From: Macrostomum lignano
Lineage: Eukaryota
Direction: 5' to 3'
Length of the DNA: 64,000 nt
Assembly (NCBI GenBank): GCA_002269645.1
Contig: NIVC01001237.1
Span: 338,776 to 402,775, forward strand
Part shown: positions 11,594-24,389 of the stretch, one piece after another
Numbering within the stretch: position 1 is the first letter of the stretch
How the letters are laid out: each line of letters begins with the position of its first letter
The notes under the pieces: model-generated
What the model was told of the DNA's origin: nothing
What the model saw: the letters and a program-made list of their open reading frames with translations, nothing else
The model's database searches: none
Translations under genes and position numbers: made by a program

Positions 11594-14500
11594 ATGACCG
11601 GCAGTCTGTCGCTGGTGACGAGTCTCCGACCCAGCCGTCAGGAGGACGCCAATCAGCCTCGCTGTTTTGACATCTGGACTCACCTGACAGACAACTTTCT
11701 GCACCACAACCTGACCATGGACTACCAGTTCCACCCGGATCAAGTCGGCCAAGTGTTGTCATTCACAGTCCCTGAGGTGAACCAGTCGCAGAGCTGTCGC
11801 ATTCAGTACCTGCCATTCAAAACCGCAGCTTTCACCTGTCTGTTGCTAATTGTCCTACTCTCTCTGGCCGGTAATCTGATTGTGGCCATTAACCTGTACC
11901 TAAACCGGCGCCGATGGAGCAAAGTGAACTATTTTATCATGCACCTGGCATTGGCTGATTTGGCCGTACTAATTACTCCGCTAGTTGAGCTAATTACTAT
12001 GCTCACGCACACATGGTACGGAGGCAGATGGCTGTGCAAATTCTATCGAGTCATATCGGCTTTCGGCTTGTATTTGTCGTCATTTATTGTAACTTCGATA
12101 GCGATAGACAGGTATTTGGCTGTGAGCAGGCCTTTGAGCATCACGACGGCTGGGCGGAGAGCGCGACTGCTTCTGGCCGTTTCGGTCGGAGCCTCACTGC
12201 TGTGCAGTCTGCCGCAGGTGAGTCTGCGAGATGTGGCTTGTCTGGGGACTTACCTGGAAGATTGGGATATTTGGATATTGATAGATGACAGAGGGGAGGC
12301 ACAGGGGGAGGTAGAGGGGGAGGCAGAGGGGGAGGCAGAGAGGCAGAGGGGGAGGCAGAGAGGCAGAGCGGGAGGCAGGGAGGCAGAGGAGGAGGCAGAG
12401 AGGCAGAGGGGGAGGCAGGGAGGCAGAGGGGGAGGCAGGGAGGCAGAAGGGGAGGCAGAGAGGCAGAGGGGAGGCAGAGAGGCAGAAGGGGAGGCAGAGA
12501 GGCAGAGGGGGAGGCAGAGAGGCAGAGGGGGAGGCAGGGAGGCAGAGGGGAAGGCAGGGAGGCAGAGGGGAAGGCAGAGAGACAGAGGGGAGGGCAGAGA
12601 GGCAGAGGGGGAGACAGAGGGGGGGCAGAGAGGCAGAGGGGAGGCAGAGAGGCAGAGGGGGAGACAGAGGGGGGGCAGAGAGGCAGAGGGGAGGCAGAGA
12701 GGCAGAGAGGCAGAGAGGCAGAAGGGGAGGCAGAGAGGCAGAGAGGCAGAGGGGAGGCAGAGAGGAAGGCAGAGAGGCAGAGGGGGAGACAGAGGGGGGG
12801 CAGAGAGGCAGAGAGGAAGGCAGAGGCAGAGGGGGGAGACAGAGGGGGGGCAGAGAGGCAGAGGGGAGGCAGGGAGGCAGAGGGGGAGGCAGGGAGGCAG
12901 AGGGGAAGGCAGGGAGGCAGAGGGGAAGGCAGAGAGACAGAGGGGAGGGCAGAGAGGCAGAGGGGGAGACAGAGGGGGGCAGAGAGGCAGAGGGGAGGCA
13001 GAGAGGCAGAGGGGGAGACAGAGGGAGGGCAGAGAGGCAGAGGGGAGGCAGAGAGGCAGAGAGGCAGAAGGGGAGGCAGAGAGGCAGAGAGGCAGAGGGG
13101 AGGCAGAGAGGAAGGCAGAGAGGCAGAGGGGGAGACAGAGGGGGGGCAGAGAGGCAGAGAGGAAGGCAGAGGCAGAGGGGGGAGACAGAGGGGGGGCAGA
13201 GAGGCAGAGGGGAGGCAGGGAGGCAGAGGGGAAGGCAGGGAGGCAGAGGGGGAGGCAGGAAGGCAGAGGGGAAGGCAGGGAGGCAGAGGGGAAGGCAGGG
13301 AGGCAGAGGGGGGCAGGGAGGCAGAGGGGGAGGCAGAGAGGCAGAGGGGGAGGCAGAGAGGCAGAGGGGGAGGCAGAGAGGCAGAGGGGGAGGCAGAGAG
13401 GCAGAGGGGGAGGCAGAGAGGCAGAGGGGGAGGCAGAGAGGCAGAGAGAGGCAGTCAGCAATTTCTGCAGGGTTGGCATCGCTGTCGGGATTAAGTGGTG
13501 GGTTATTCCACAAGCACAAGGTCTCAGTCTGAGAGCCGCATTCGAATGGGGTTGCTAGGCGGCCGGGAATTCCCTAGTTAGCTGGTCTATTAGACATCCG
13601 TTGCAGCTGCCGTCGGTTTTCACAGTCCGTTGGCTTCTATCAGCTGTGCAGACGGCAGCAGCCTCTACAGCGTGGGAATTCGATAGAATTCGAAAATCCC
13701 ATCCCAGAAAGTATATAATTCCCCCCAACTTCCTTCCTGCTCTCTCACTGCTTCAGACTGCAGGTCGAGTATCTGCCTATACATATATGCATCCACTGGG
13801 CTGATTTTTCGTCTTCTCTTCAGAAATGCCTGCTCACCTCTGCTCAAGTCCATGCTTGATTTTTATTTTTTACAGCTGTGCAAATTGTTGGGTGATACTC
13901 TGATTTGGATAGCGAGCCGAGTTACGCAATTTTGAGGGTGGATTTATTGGTAGATAGATCGGCAGATAGATCAGTAGATAGATCGGCAGATAGATCGGCA
14001 GATAGATCAGCAGATAGATCAGTAGACAGATCAGTAGATAGATTGGCAGATAGATCGGCAGATAGATCAATAGATAGATCGGTAGATAAATCTGTAAATT
14101 GATCGGCAGGTAGATCGGCAGATAGATCGGCAGGTAGATCGGCAGCCAGAGCAAGTCAAGTCGAATGACCGAATGAGTCCGCACCCTTTCAGTGAGGGGT
14201 GAAATGCTTGGTTTTCACGCACCTAGTCATTTCTGCCTTGAAAAGAAGTTTAATAATATACATTTAAAGTAGCACTTTGCATGAAAAAAGTAATGCAGAT
14301 TGCTAACTTTGAGTTTTCAGTCAGCTGAAAGTTTGTGAGCAGTGTGAGCGTGAGGAGTGTTTTACTGGTTTTTTACTGTATTTGCTGTGCACTAATCTGC
14401 TTTAATAATCTCAGATACAGATTCAGCCAGGTACTCGTAGGTCTATAGCTGCGTGTTTAAAACAAACAAGGTCTCGGCCTTCTTCAACGGAAAGCAATTA

Positions 14501-17500
14501 TCAAACGTATCAAATTATTGAAAATGATATAAAATGGAAAGGATATTACGCTCGTATTTCTTCGCTAAAGCCGCGGGTTCCTCGTTTCCGTTTTGCGTTT
14601 ATTTCAAGGGTTATTTAATTTATAATTACATCTCACGTTTGTTTGGCTTGACTGGTTAAAAAAATTGTGCGTGCGTGCAATTCGAGAACTAAATTAAAAC
14701 AAAACTTTGTTTGACTGCGCCGCAATATTATAGCAGCCTAGCACAGTTTGGAAACAAAGATATACTACTCGTACATGCATATTATGATGAAAAAAATATA
14801 TTTTTTCAAAATATTGTTATGAACCCTCTAATTTTGCGTCTTTAAATAGCCACCAAAAGAAGCACCAACTTCAGAAACAGCTGTACTATACTCTAAAACC
14901 ATTGATAAATAAACAATAAAAAAACAATAAGCCAACACACTATTAATTAGACTTACTTAGTATATATTTGATTTCTAATTTAGACTATTTTGAGAACAAT
15001 ATATTAACAATAATTACTTAAATTTTAAACTACAATCTTGCCAATTTGCATACAAATTCCTTCTATAGTTGAGCTATCTGAGTTTAAGCGCTGGGAAAAA
15101 ATAGTTTTGTTAGAAAATGTCTTTCCATTATATTTTTTTTAAAATCTTCTGTTTGAACCAATTTGACAAACAGTTTTTCTTAGAAAGCACATAGCACGCA
15201 CAAGTTAAATTCGATATCCTGGAAACAATATTTTTCAAAAGCTTTGAAAATGCGATAAAATTTGTGTTTTTTTTCTAGTTTTTACAGCTAGTTTAAATTT
15301 CGAGGCTTTTGTCTGGATAGATGATCGAGAATTTACCTCGGATCGATGTTGACGATTTCCCTGAATGGTTTTTAGCTACTAAATACATGTAAATCGATAG
15401 GACAAAGATTCTGATTATAAATTCATCTATTAGCTTATTATCTCTTCAATAGCCTGCTACCTCCTGCAGGCGGTCGTGACACCGTAAAAGTGTCATTAAG
15501 TGTATTATATCACGGGTTTTCTTGTAAATAATGACCATATTACCTCACCTAATTGCAGCAATTATTAGATAAGGCAAAATAATTTACTGTAGTGACTTAT
15601 TAAAAACCCTAAAATTAGCGAGCAATCTCAATTAAAAAGGTCACGGTGCTCTTGTAAAAACTGGCGGCACGGTCGGTTGCCCCCTTATGAGCGAGATCAT
15701 GAGTGAGATCATGATCGAGTGAGATCATGAGTGAGATCATAAGTGAGATCATGAGTGAGATCATGAGTGAGATCATGAGTGAGATCATGAGTAAGATCAT
15801 GAGTGAGATCATGAGTAAGATCATGAGTGAGATCATGAGTAAGATCATGAGTGAGATCATGAGTGAGATCATGAGTGAGATCATGAGTGAGTTCATTAGT
15901 GAGTTCATGAGATATATCAAGTGAGTTCATATAGGTGAGTTCCTGAGTTGAAACTGAGTTATCCGGGTCACGGAGTACACCACAAGCAAATCATCCGTGC
16001 TAATAGTGGGCAGCTGATTAGGAAAGTGATAACCAGCTCAACGCTGCGCAGGCTACTCCAGCTCTGCTACTATCACTAACTAAAAGCATTAAAAACTGAA
16101 AACTAAGTTTATTGCACTCAGCACTTGCTCTTCAACGGGATTAAGTTAAGATGTACTGATCAATAATGGCCTTAATAAACTATTAATACTAAAGAGTTCT
16201 TGCTCCACTCAAGCAAAAAATTTCCAAGGCGTAATATCAGCAGAGCAGAGCGTTCTCCGGCTGATATAATCAGTATAGGAATATTGATACTCGGGATGGA
16301 ATACTGTCTACACTAGACTATCTGATAGGGGCTCAAGCCTGAACTAGAATTTGATCTGATTCGTGTTAATTACTCGTTCCATCACTAACCGTTATTAGCT
16401 GCTAAAAGGCAAAAGCTGAAAGCCTCACGCCCTAGTAATACTAGCTCTAAAAGTACAAATATAAGCAGAAAAGGTTAATAATATAGTAGGAGAGACCGGG
16501 ATAGAAACTAAATGTACATTCTAGGAGGCAGACTAGCCGATCATAAACTGTACACATTCACAAACCAAAAGCGGGTGCGAGGGATAGAAAGTCAATGTAC
16601 ATTCTAGGAAGCAGACTTGCCGACCATGGACTGTACACATTCACAAACCAAAAGCGGGTGCGAGGGATAGAAAGTCAATGTACATTCTAGGAGGCAGACT
16701 TGCCGACCATAGACTGTACACATTCACAAACCAAAAGCGGGTGCGAGGGATAGAAAGTCAATGTACATTCTAGGAGGCAGACTAGCCGACCATGGACTGT
16801 ACACATTCACCAACCAAAAGCGGGTGCGAGGGATAGAAAGTCAATGTACATTCTAGGAGGCAGACTTGCCGACCATAGACTGTACTCCTTCTCAGCATAT
16901 GCAGTCTTTCAATGTCTTAAAAAGCTTTTGAAATCTATTCTTGTCGATATGCTTATACCTTTCTAGATCTCTTTTTCATCAACCTACAAATGCATATAGT
17001 AGGGACGTAGATAACAGTACATGCACATATTTCGCGCTTATATCTGGAGACACTGAGAAGCCTATACATGTATTCAACTCCCCATTATCTGGCCGCATAA
17101 ATTTTCGTCTCTGCCTCCGAGACAGCATTCTCAAACTTCATTCCCTGCCTCAGCTACAGTTGTCACCCTATAAGCTAAGTCAACATCCTCTGTCCAAGTA
17201 GAATTAATCCGCAATTTTATCAAGCCGGGCTACAGTGTTGGCATGTTTTGACTCTGAATTTTGAACACAACTCGGCATTGGCATTGGCATAAATTACGAA
17301 CAGCCAAAGATAATTACTTTTACGTTTTTCTCGTTCTCGCTGTCGAATGTCGGGTTGTACTTTTCCATTGGCTATTCGGCAAGTTCCGTCTCAATCGTTT
17401 CTTCTCATATACAATTCAAACAGCAGACAGGACCAGTTTGCTGCCTGTCCTTTTCAGAAGCTTAAAAATTTCTTTAAGCATTCTTCAGCCTTATTGAATT

Positions 17501-20500
17501 CAAGGCGACAGTTATTTTATTAAAAATATTCTTAGGAGGGCTGTGGGGCACCTTGGAGGGCTGTGGGGCACCTTGGAGGGCTGTGGGGCACCTTGGAGGG
17601 CTGTGGGGCACCTTGGAGGGCTGTGGGGCACCTTGGAGGGCTGTGGGGCACCGTCCCACACCAGCACTGACGCAATTCTGCCCATTCTGCCAAGTCCACC
17701 CAGTCCCTGTCCTCTCCTCTCTGCCGCTGTCCTCCCCTCTCTGCCCCTGTCCTCTCCTCTCTGCCCCTGTCCTCTCCTCTCTGCCCCTGTCCTCTCCTCT
17801 CTGCCCCTGTCCTCTCCTCTCTGCCGCTGTCCTCCCCTCTCTGCCCCTGTCCTCTCCTCTCTGCCCCTGTCCTCTCCTCTCTGCCCCTGTCCTCTCCTCT
17901 CTGCCCCTGTCCTCTCCTCTCTGCCCCTGTCCTCTCCTCTCTGCCGCTGTCCTCCCCTCTCTGCCCCTGTCCTCTCCTCTCTGCCCCTGTCCTCTCCTCT
18001 CTGCCCCTGTCCTCTCCTCTCTGCCCCTGTCATCTCCTCTCTGACCCTGTCCTCTCCTCTCTGCCCCTGTCCTCTTCTCTCTGCCCCTGTCCTCTCCTCT
18101 CTGCCCCTGTCTTCTTCTCTCTGCCCCTGTCCTCTCCTCTCTGCCCCTGTCATCTCCTCTCTGACCCTGTCCTCTCCTCTCTGCCCCTGTCCTCTTCTCT
18201 CTGCCCCTGTCCTCTCCTCTCTGCCCCTGTCTTCTTCTCTCTGCCCCTGTCCTCTCCTCTCTGCCCCTGTCTTCTTCTCTCTGCCCCTGTCCTCTCCTCT
18301 CTGCCCATGTCTTCTTTTCTCTGCCCCTGTCCTCTCCTCTCTGCCCATGTCTTCTTTTCTCTGCCCCTGTCCTATATCCTGTCATTGGGAAGTAAACAGC
18401 GCATTTAAATGTCTCTGCTTATCACAGGCTGTGGTTTTTGACCTGTTGGAGAGCAACTTCTTCAAGGAATACAATGCAGTCTGCGTACAGGTGTTTGCTC
18501 ACGGTGCCCATTCTACTGGTCGGGTTAAACGTGCCAGCTATGCCCTGTTCGCCTTTGGCATGATGTACGCCTTCCCACTGGTGTGCATCGCTTATTGCTA
18601 CGGTAGGATCGTGTGCGTGCTCACCTCCAGGACAAGGGAGCATCGAGGTGAGGCATTTTTGATAAGCTGTCTTTTGATACTGATTTTTATCACCTGTGTG
18701 ATGGTGAGGGATTGAAGTTTTATTACCCGTCTGAAGGTGGGGATTGAAGGTTTATTACCTGTCTGAAGGTGGGGATTGAAGTTTATTACCTGTCTGAAGG
18801 TGGGGATTGAAGTTTTATTACCTGTCTGAAGGTGGGGGTTAAAGTTTTATTACCTGTCTGAAGGTGGGGATTGAAGTTTTATTACCTGTCTGAAGGTGGG
18901 GATTGAAGTTTTATCACCTGTCTGAAGGTGGGGATTAAAGTTTTATTACCTGTCTGAAGGTGGGGATTGAAGTTTTATTACCTGTCTGAAGGTGGGGATT
19001 AAAGTTTTATTACCTGTCTGAAGGTGGGGATTAAAGTTTTATTACCTGTCTGAAGGTGGGGATTGAAGTTTTATTACCTGTCTGAAGGTGGGGATTGAAG
19101 TTTATTACCTGTGTGATAATGGGACTTAGTCTTAGCCTCCTAAATAATCTGCAACCACTTCTTCCACTCTCATTCAACCCAACAGAGAACTGCATCTGCC
19201 CTCAGCACTCAGCATCGCTGACAGACTCCGCAGACTACAGCAGACACCAGCAATCCGCGGCTGCCAGCTTGTGCGCTTCCTCCAAGCTGCCCATGCTGAG
19301 GCGCAGCGACACCAGAAATATTGAAAGGGCTCGGCTGCTGGCCCTGCGCTTGACGGCCGCAATTGGTGAGCTGCTCCTGCCTGCTCCTGTCTGCTCCTGT
19401 CTGCTCCTGTCTGCGCCTGTCTGCTCCTGTCTGCTCCTGTCTGCTCCTGTCTGCTCCTGTCTGCTCTTGTCTGCTCCTGTCTGCTCCTGTCTGCTCCTGT
19501 CTGCTCCTGTCTGCTCCTGTCTGCTCCTGTCTGCTCCCGTCTGCCTGTCCTCTCTGTCCTGTCCTCTCCTCTCTGTCCTGTCTGTCTACATTGAGTACAC
19601 TCGCTGCATTCCTTAAACCCCCATTTGCTTTTAATCGTGTCGTGCAATGTACTCACGTAGTTGAGTCTAATAGTCTATGAATTTTTCATAGGTTCGGTTT
19701 TACTATACCAAATATATAATATCGGCTCGTGAGCTATACAGCTCAAGTTTTGGATCTCTCGCGCTAAGCAAACTAAAGAGCTGTTTTACTGTCCTCTCTG
19801 TCCTGTCCTCTCTGTCCTGTCCTCTCTGTCCTGTCCTCTCTGTCCTGTCCTCTCTGTCCTGTCCTCTCTGTCCTGTCCTCTCTGTCCTGTCCTCTCTGTC
19901 CTGTCCTCTCTGTCCTGTCCTCTCTGTCCTGTCCTCTCTGTCCTGTCCTCTCTGTCCTGTCCTCTCTGTCCTGTCCTCTCTGTCCTGTCCTCTCTGTCCT
20001 GTCCTCTCTGTCCTGTCCTCTCTGTCCTGTCCTCTCCTCTCGATCTGCCCTCAATGCGAAACAAATCCAGCAGTTTAATCCCAACGTGCCATTCTGCAGC
20101 AAGCTTAGAAAACCCTGGCAAAAACTGCACCCATTGTGCCCAATAGTCACTGTAAAAAATAGTCACTGCAATCAGCAATTGTTCCCCTAATTGTATTTCA
20201 TCAGTTGCCCGTGAGACTTATCCAGTAACTATTGAATAACAGGAGTGAGTCAGAGCCGACTCAATCCAAATAAAATTTCTCTATTCGTTTCAGTGCTCTG
20301 CTTTCTGCTCTGCTGGGCGCCGCACTGGGCTCTCACTCTGTGGGACTCGTTCGCCTCGAATGAGGAGCTGCTGTGAGCTGCCGTGGCTTGGGTGGCTGAG
20401 GGACTGCCTGAGCTGGGGATAGACCGGGGACTGCAGTCTGAGCTGTCATAAGATTGAATGCGATGGGCTGAGATGAGGTGTGATGAGGTGGGATGAGATG

Positions 20501-23500
20501 GGCTGAGATGGGATGAGATATGATGAGATGGGATGAGATTGAATGAGATGGGATGAGATATGATGAGATGGGATGAGATTGAATGAGATGGCATGAGATA
20601 TGATGAGATGGGATGAGTTCGGATGAGATGGGATAAGATTGAATGAGATGGGATGAGATTGAATGAGATGGGCTGAGATTGAATGAGATGGGATGAGATT
20701 GAATGAGATGGGATGAGATTGAATGAGATGGGATGAGATATGATAAGATGGGATGAGATGGGCTAAGATCGGATGAGATGGGATGAGATTGAATGAGATG
20801 GGATGAGATGGGATGAGATGGGATGAGATATGATAAGATGGGATGAGATGGGCTGAGATCGGATGAGATGGGATAAGATTGAATGAGATGGGATCAGATT
20901 GAATGAGATGGGCTGAGATTGAATGAGATGGGATGAGATGGGATGAGATGGGATGAGATTGAATGAGATGGGATGAGATGAGCTGAGATCGGATGAGATG
21001 GGATGAGATTGAATGAGATGGGATCAGATTGAATGAGATGGGATGAGATGGGATGAGATGGGATGAGATGGGATGAGATTGAATGAGATGGGATCAGATT
21101 GAATGAGATGGGATGAGATGGGATGAGATGGGATGAGATATGATAAGATGGGATGAGATGGGCTAAGATCGGATGAGATGGGATGAGATGGGATGAGATG
21201 GGATGAGATATGATAAGATGGGATGAGATGGGCTGAGATCGGATGAGATGGGATGAGATTGAATGAGATGGGATCAGATTGAATGAGATGGGATGAGATT
21301 GAATGAGATGGGATGAGATGGGCTGAGATCGGATGAGATGGGATGAGATTGAATGAGATGGGATCAGATTGAATGAGATGGGATGAGATGGGATGAGATG
21401 GGATGAGATGGGATGAGATGGGATGAGATTGAATGAGATGGGATCAGATTGAATGAGATGGGATCAGATTGAATGAGATGGGATGAGATGGGATGAGATG
21501 GGATGAGATATGATAAGATGGGATGAGATGGGCTGAGATCGGATGAGATGGGATAAGATTGAATGAGATGGGATCAGATTGAATGAGATGGGATGAGATT
21601 GAATGAGATGGGATGAGATGGGATGAGATGGGATGAGATATGATAAGATGGGAAGAGATGGGATGAGATGGGATGAGATATGATAAGATGGGATGAGATG
21701 GGCTGAGATCGGATGAGATGGGATAAGATTGAATGAGATGGGATGAGATGGGATGAGATTGAATGAGATGGGATGAGATGGGATGAGATGGGATGAGATG
21801 GGATGAGATGGGATGAGATATGATAAGATGGGATGAGATGGGCTGAGATGGGATGAGATATGATAAGATGGGATGAGATGGGCTAAGATCGGATGAGATA
21901 TGAGATTGAATGAGATTGAATGAGATGGGATGAGATGGGATGAGATGGGATGAGATATGATAATGATGATGATGAGATGGGCTGAGATGGGATGAGATGG
22001 GATGAGATGGGATGAGATGGGATGAGATTGAATGAGATGGGATGAGATGGGATGAGATGGGATGAGATGGGATGAGATATGATAAAATGAGATGATGATG
22101 ATGGGATTGATTCGGATGAGATTAAGATTGAATGAGATGGGATCAGATTGAATGAGATGGGCTGAGATTGAATGAGATGGGATGAGATGGGATGAGATGG
22201 GATGAGATGGGATGAGATGGGATGAGATGGGATGAGATTGAATTAAAGGTATTTAATTAGAGATCAATTAACCAAATTTCAGAACGGACGGAGTCGCCGA
22301 TCTGGTCTATGTGGGACTGGCCTGCGCATTTTTCAATTCCTGCGCCAATCCCATTATTTACGGTGAGCTTGAGACGGCTGGCGCACAGGCACAGGAGTGC
22401 CTGCATGAGTACAGTGTATCCTGCAGCTGTATGTGCAGGCATAATGTACCTTGAAATGTACCTTCACACAGTCACTCAGCAACACACAGCCACTCCTCAT
22501 CACACAGTCACCCAGCAACACACAGCCACTCCTCATCACACAGTCACCCAGCAACACACAGCCACTCCTCATCACACAGTCACTCAGCAGCACACAGTCA
22601 CTCAAAACAGTCACTCATCACACAGTCACTCAGCAGAACATTTGCAACGCATACCCGCAGGCATGTTCACCAAGCACTGTCGCAGACTGCTGAACAGGCG
22701 CTGCCACTGCCTGTCGAAATGGCTTCGACGGAGGCGCCAGCGGAGGGAGTGGCGACAGCAGCAGCTGGTGCTGCCACAGCACAGTCCATTCCACCACCAT
22801 CAGCGTCAGATGCAGCTGCAGCAGCAGCAACAACAGAGACATGTTGGCTGCCAATACGAAATGATTCCGATGCAGGATTTACAAAATCAGAACGAAAATT
22901 CGAAGCAGAAATTGGAGAATAAAGCAACTCCGGAGCAGATCACTGTGCGAGCTGAATCTGCAGCCACAGCCAGTGCAGCTGTAGCCGCCTTGGCCCCTTC
23001 GGGCAGCACTTTCTCTAGCGGCTCGGCTCGCACTTATGAGAAACAACAGCAGCAGCAGTTGTCTCTTTCGTCTTCTTCTAGAAGACTCGATCGGAATGCG
23101 TTTGATAAAATGTATCCGCCAATATACGGTAGGAAGTTGCGTAGAGAACTTGGGGTGAGGGCTAGAGTTCTGCGGGGCTGTTTAGCCGGGAGAGAGTGTA
23201 CATTGAGGTGGGGGTAGAGTTCTGCGGGGCTGTTTAGCCGGGAGAGAGTATACATTGAGGTGAGGATAGAGTTCTGCGGGGCTGTTTAGCCGGGAGAGAG
23301 TATACATTGAGGTGGGGATAGAGTTCTGCGGGGCTGTTTAGCCGGGAGAGAGTGTACATTGAGGTGAGGATAGAGTTCTGCGGGGCTGTTTAGCCGGGAG
23401 AGTGTACATTGACGTGGGGATAGAGTTCTGCGGGGCTGTTTTAGCCGGGAGTGTACTCGATAATTATTAATACCTTGAAGATGCATGTACGAGCGTACTT

Positions 23501-23685
23501 GCCATGAAGTTCTTAGCGGACTCGGGTCAATGATTTTTAACATTTTCAGAGAAACTACTAATAGAAAAAGGCATTCGAAAATTTCATATAAACAAGCATC
23601 TAATTCCTGTCTTGTTACCCTACATCATATTCTGTCATTTCATCCTATTTCAATTATTTCAGACATGTCGCCGAGAACATCCTGA
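11594..23685 (+). CDS. Class A neuropeptide GPCR, GnRH/AKH/ACP/corazonin receptor family. Exons 11594-12217, 18428-18647, 19186-19365, 20294-20372, 22283-22362, 22661-23128, 23663-23685 (about 557 aa)
   Basis: TM1 GN, TM2 [22 protein letters not shown] (as in AKH receptors), TM3 DRY, TM4 CSLPQ, TM5 YAFPL..CY, ICL3 [14 protein letters not shown]6 CWAP, TM7 NSCANPIIY. All junctions are GT-AG and phase-consistent. The exact start codon and the last exon are less certain. Confidence 0.88.
12289..13452. repeat. Purine-rich GAGGCA/GAGGGG repeat at the 5' end of GPCR intron 1
   Basis: Visible; produces the false extension of the 654-aa ORF. Confidence 0.95.
13950..14145. repeat. (GATAGATCGGCA)n array, second copy
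   Basis: Same unit as 10985-11575. Confidence 0.9.
15688..15945. repeat. 12-bp (GAGTGAGATCAT)n array
   Basis: Visible. Confidence 0.93.
16495..16885. repeat. 83-bp tandem repeat, about 4.6 copies
   Basis: GGGATAGAAA at 16581 and 16664. Confidence 0.92.
17536..17652. repeat. 20-bp repeat (GGGCTGTGGGGCACCTTGGA)
   Basis: About 6 copies visible. Confidence 0.92.
17700..18375. repeat. Pyrimidine-rich 20-bp repeat (CTCTGCCCCTGTCCTCTCCT) at the 3' end of GPCR intron 1
   Basis: Visible. Confidence 0.95.
18700..19112. repeat. 32-bp minisatellite (GTTTTATTACCTGTCTGAAGGTGGGGATTGAA), GPCR intron 2
   Basis: Period of 32 (18844, 18876). Confidence 0.95.
19371..20040. repeat. (CTGCTCCTGT)n at 19371-19545 and (CTGTCCTCTCTGTC)n at 19788-20040, GPCR intron 3
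   Basis: Visible. Confidence 0.92.
20462..22240. repeat. Pentamer satellite (GATGA/GATGG/GATTG) filling GPCR intron 4
   Basis: About 1.8 kb visible repeat. Confidence 0.96.
22466..22635. repeat. CA-rich tandem repeat (CACACAGTCAC../CACACAGCCACTCCTCAT), GPCR intron 5
   Basis: Visible. Confidence 0.85.
23150..23450. repeat. 52-bp minisatellite, about 6 copies, GPCR intron 6
   Basis: GTTCTGCGGGGCTG at 23167 and 23219. Confidence 0.92.
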
Positions 23686-24389
23686 ACTATACATTGAGCC
23701 TCGACTGTTCTTCTGCGTGCAAGGAATTTAAAATTCTTTCACTGACAAAACATCAATTTAGCTCGTAATTATCCCGTGCTGACGACTAATTTAGACATCC
23801 AAGCTAGGCAGGTTCGCCCCCGCCCGCCTACACAACTGCATAGCAGGTCTCCCTAATCGCTATTTATTCACGGTTACTAAACGCAACACATACCCCCGCA
23901 AAACAATTTAAAAATACCTTTTGTCGTGCCGTGTTTGTCTTGCCATTTTTAATAAATAAAGACAATCTATACATTACTGTAAAGAAGTGTTTTAAAAGAT
24001 AAAAATTGAAATAGCTTCTATAATTTCTCAGTTGATTCATCTGTACATAACTTCTGTGATGCTAATGGCTTCGCAAGGTAACCTACTGACTGCAAGAAAA
24101 TTGATAAGTTCTGTTTGGATTCAATGAATAAAATCATGCGATGGGAAATAGAATTTGCATGCTTGAGCACGAGTTCGGTCTGTTTCATTTCCGGCAGTGC
24201 CGGTGGCCTGCCATATTCAGCCTCTGGGCTAAACTACAAGCCGGAGGTACTGCTGCACTGTATAGATGGACTGCTTTAGTCACGCGCAGAAAAGTACAAT
24301 GCTGCATTGGAAGACTGTGTAGGGCTGGAACTTGCTTCTGCTCTTTTTACAGAGGGGTTGAATGAGTGTGAAAAAAAGGCTTACCAAAT

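Noticed and set aside
12194-13519. 400+ aa L/P/C/S-rich minus-strand ORFs
   Set aside because: Translations of the purine repeat, which lacks stops.
11594-13558. 654-aa single ORF as the GPCR product
   Set aside because: Only the first 208 codons are coding; the GTGAGT donor at 12218 precedes a GAGGCA repeat whose translation is meaningless.
17474-18385. R/G/E-rich ORFs
   Set aside because: Antisense translation of the 20-bp intronic repeat.
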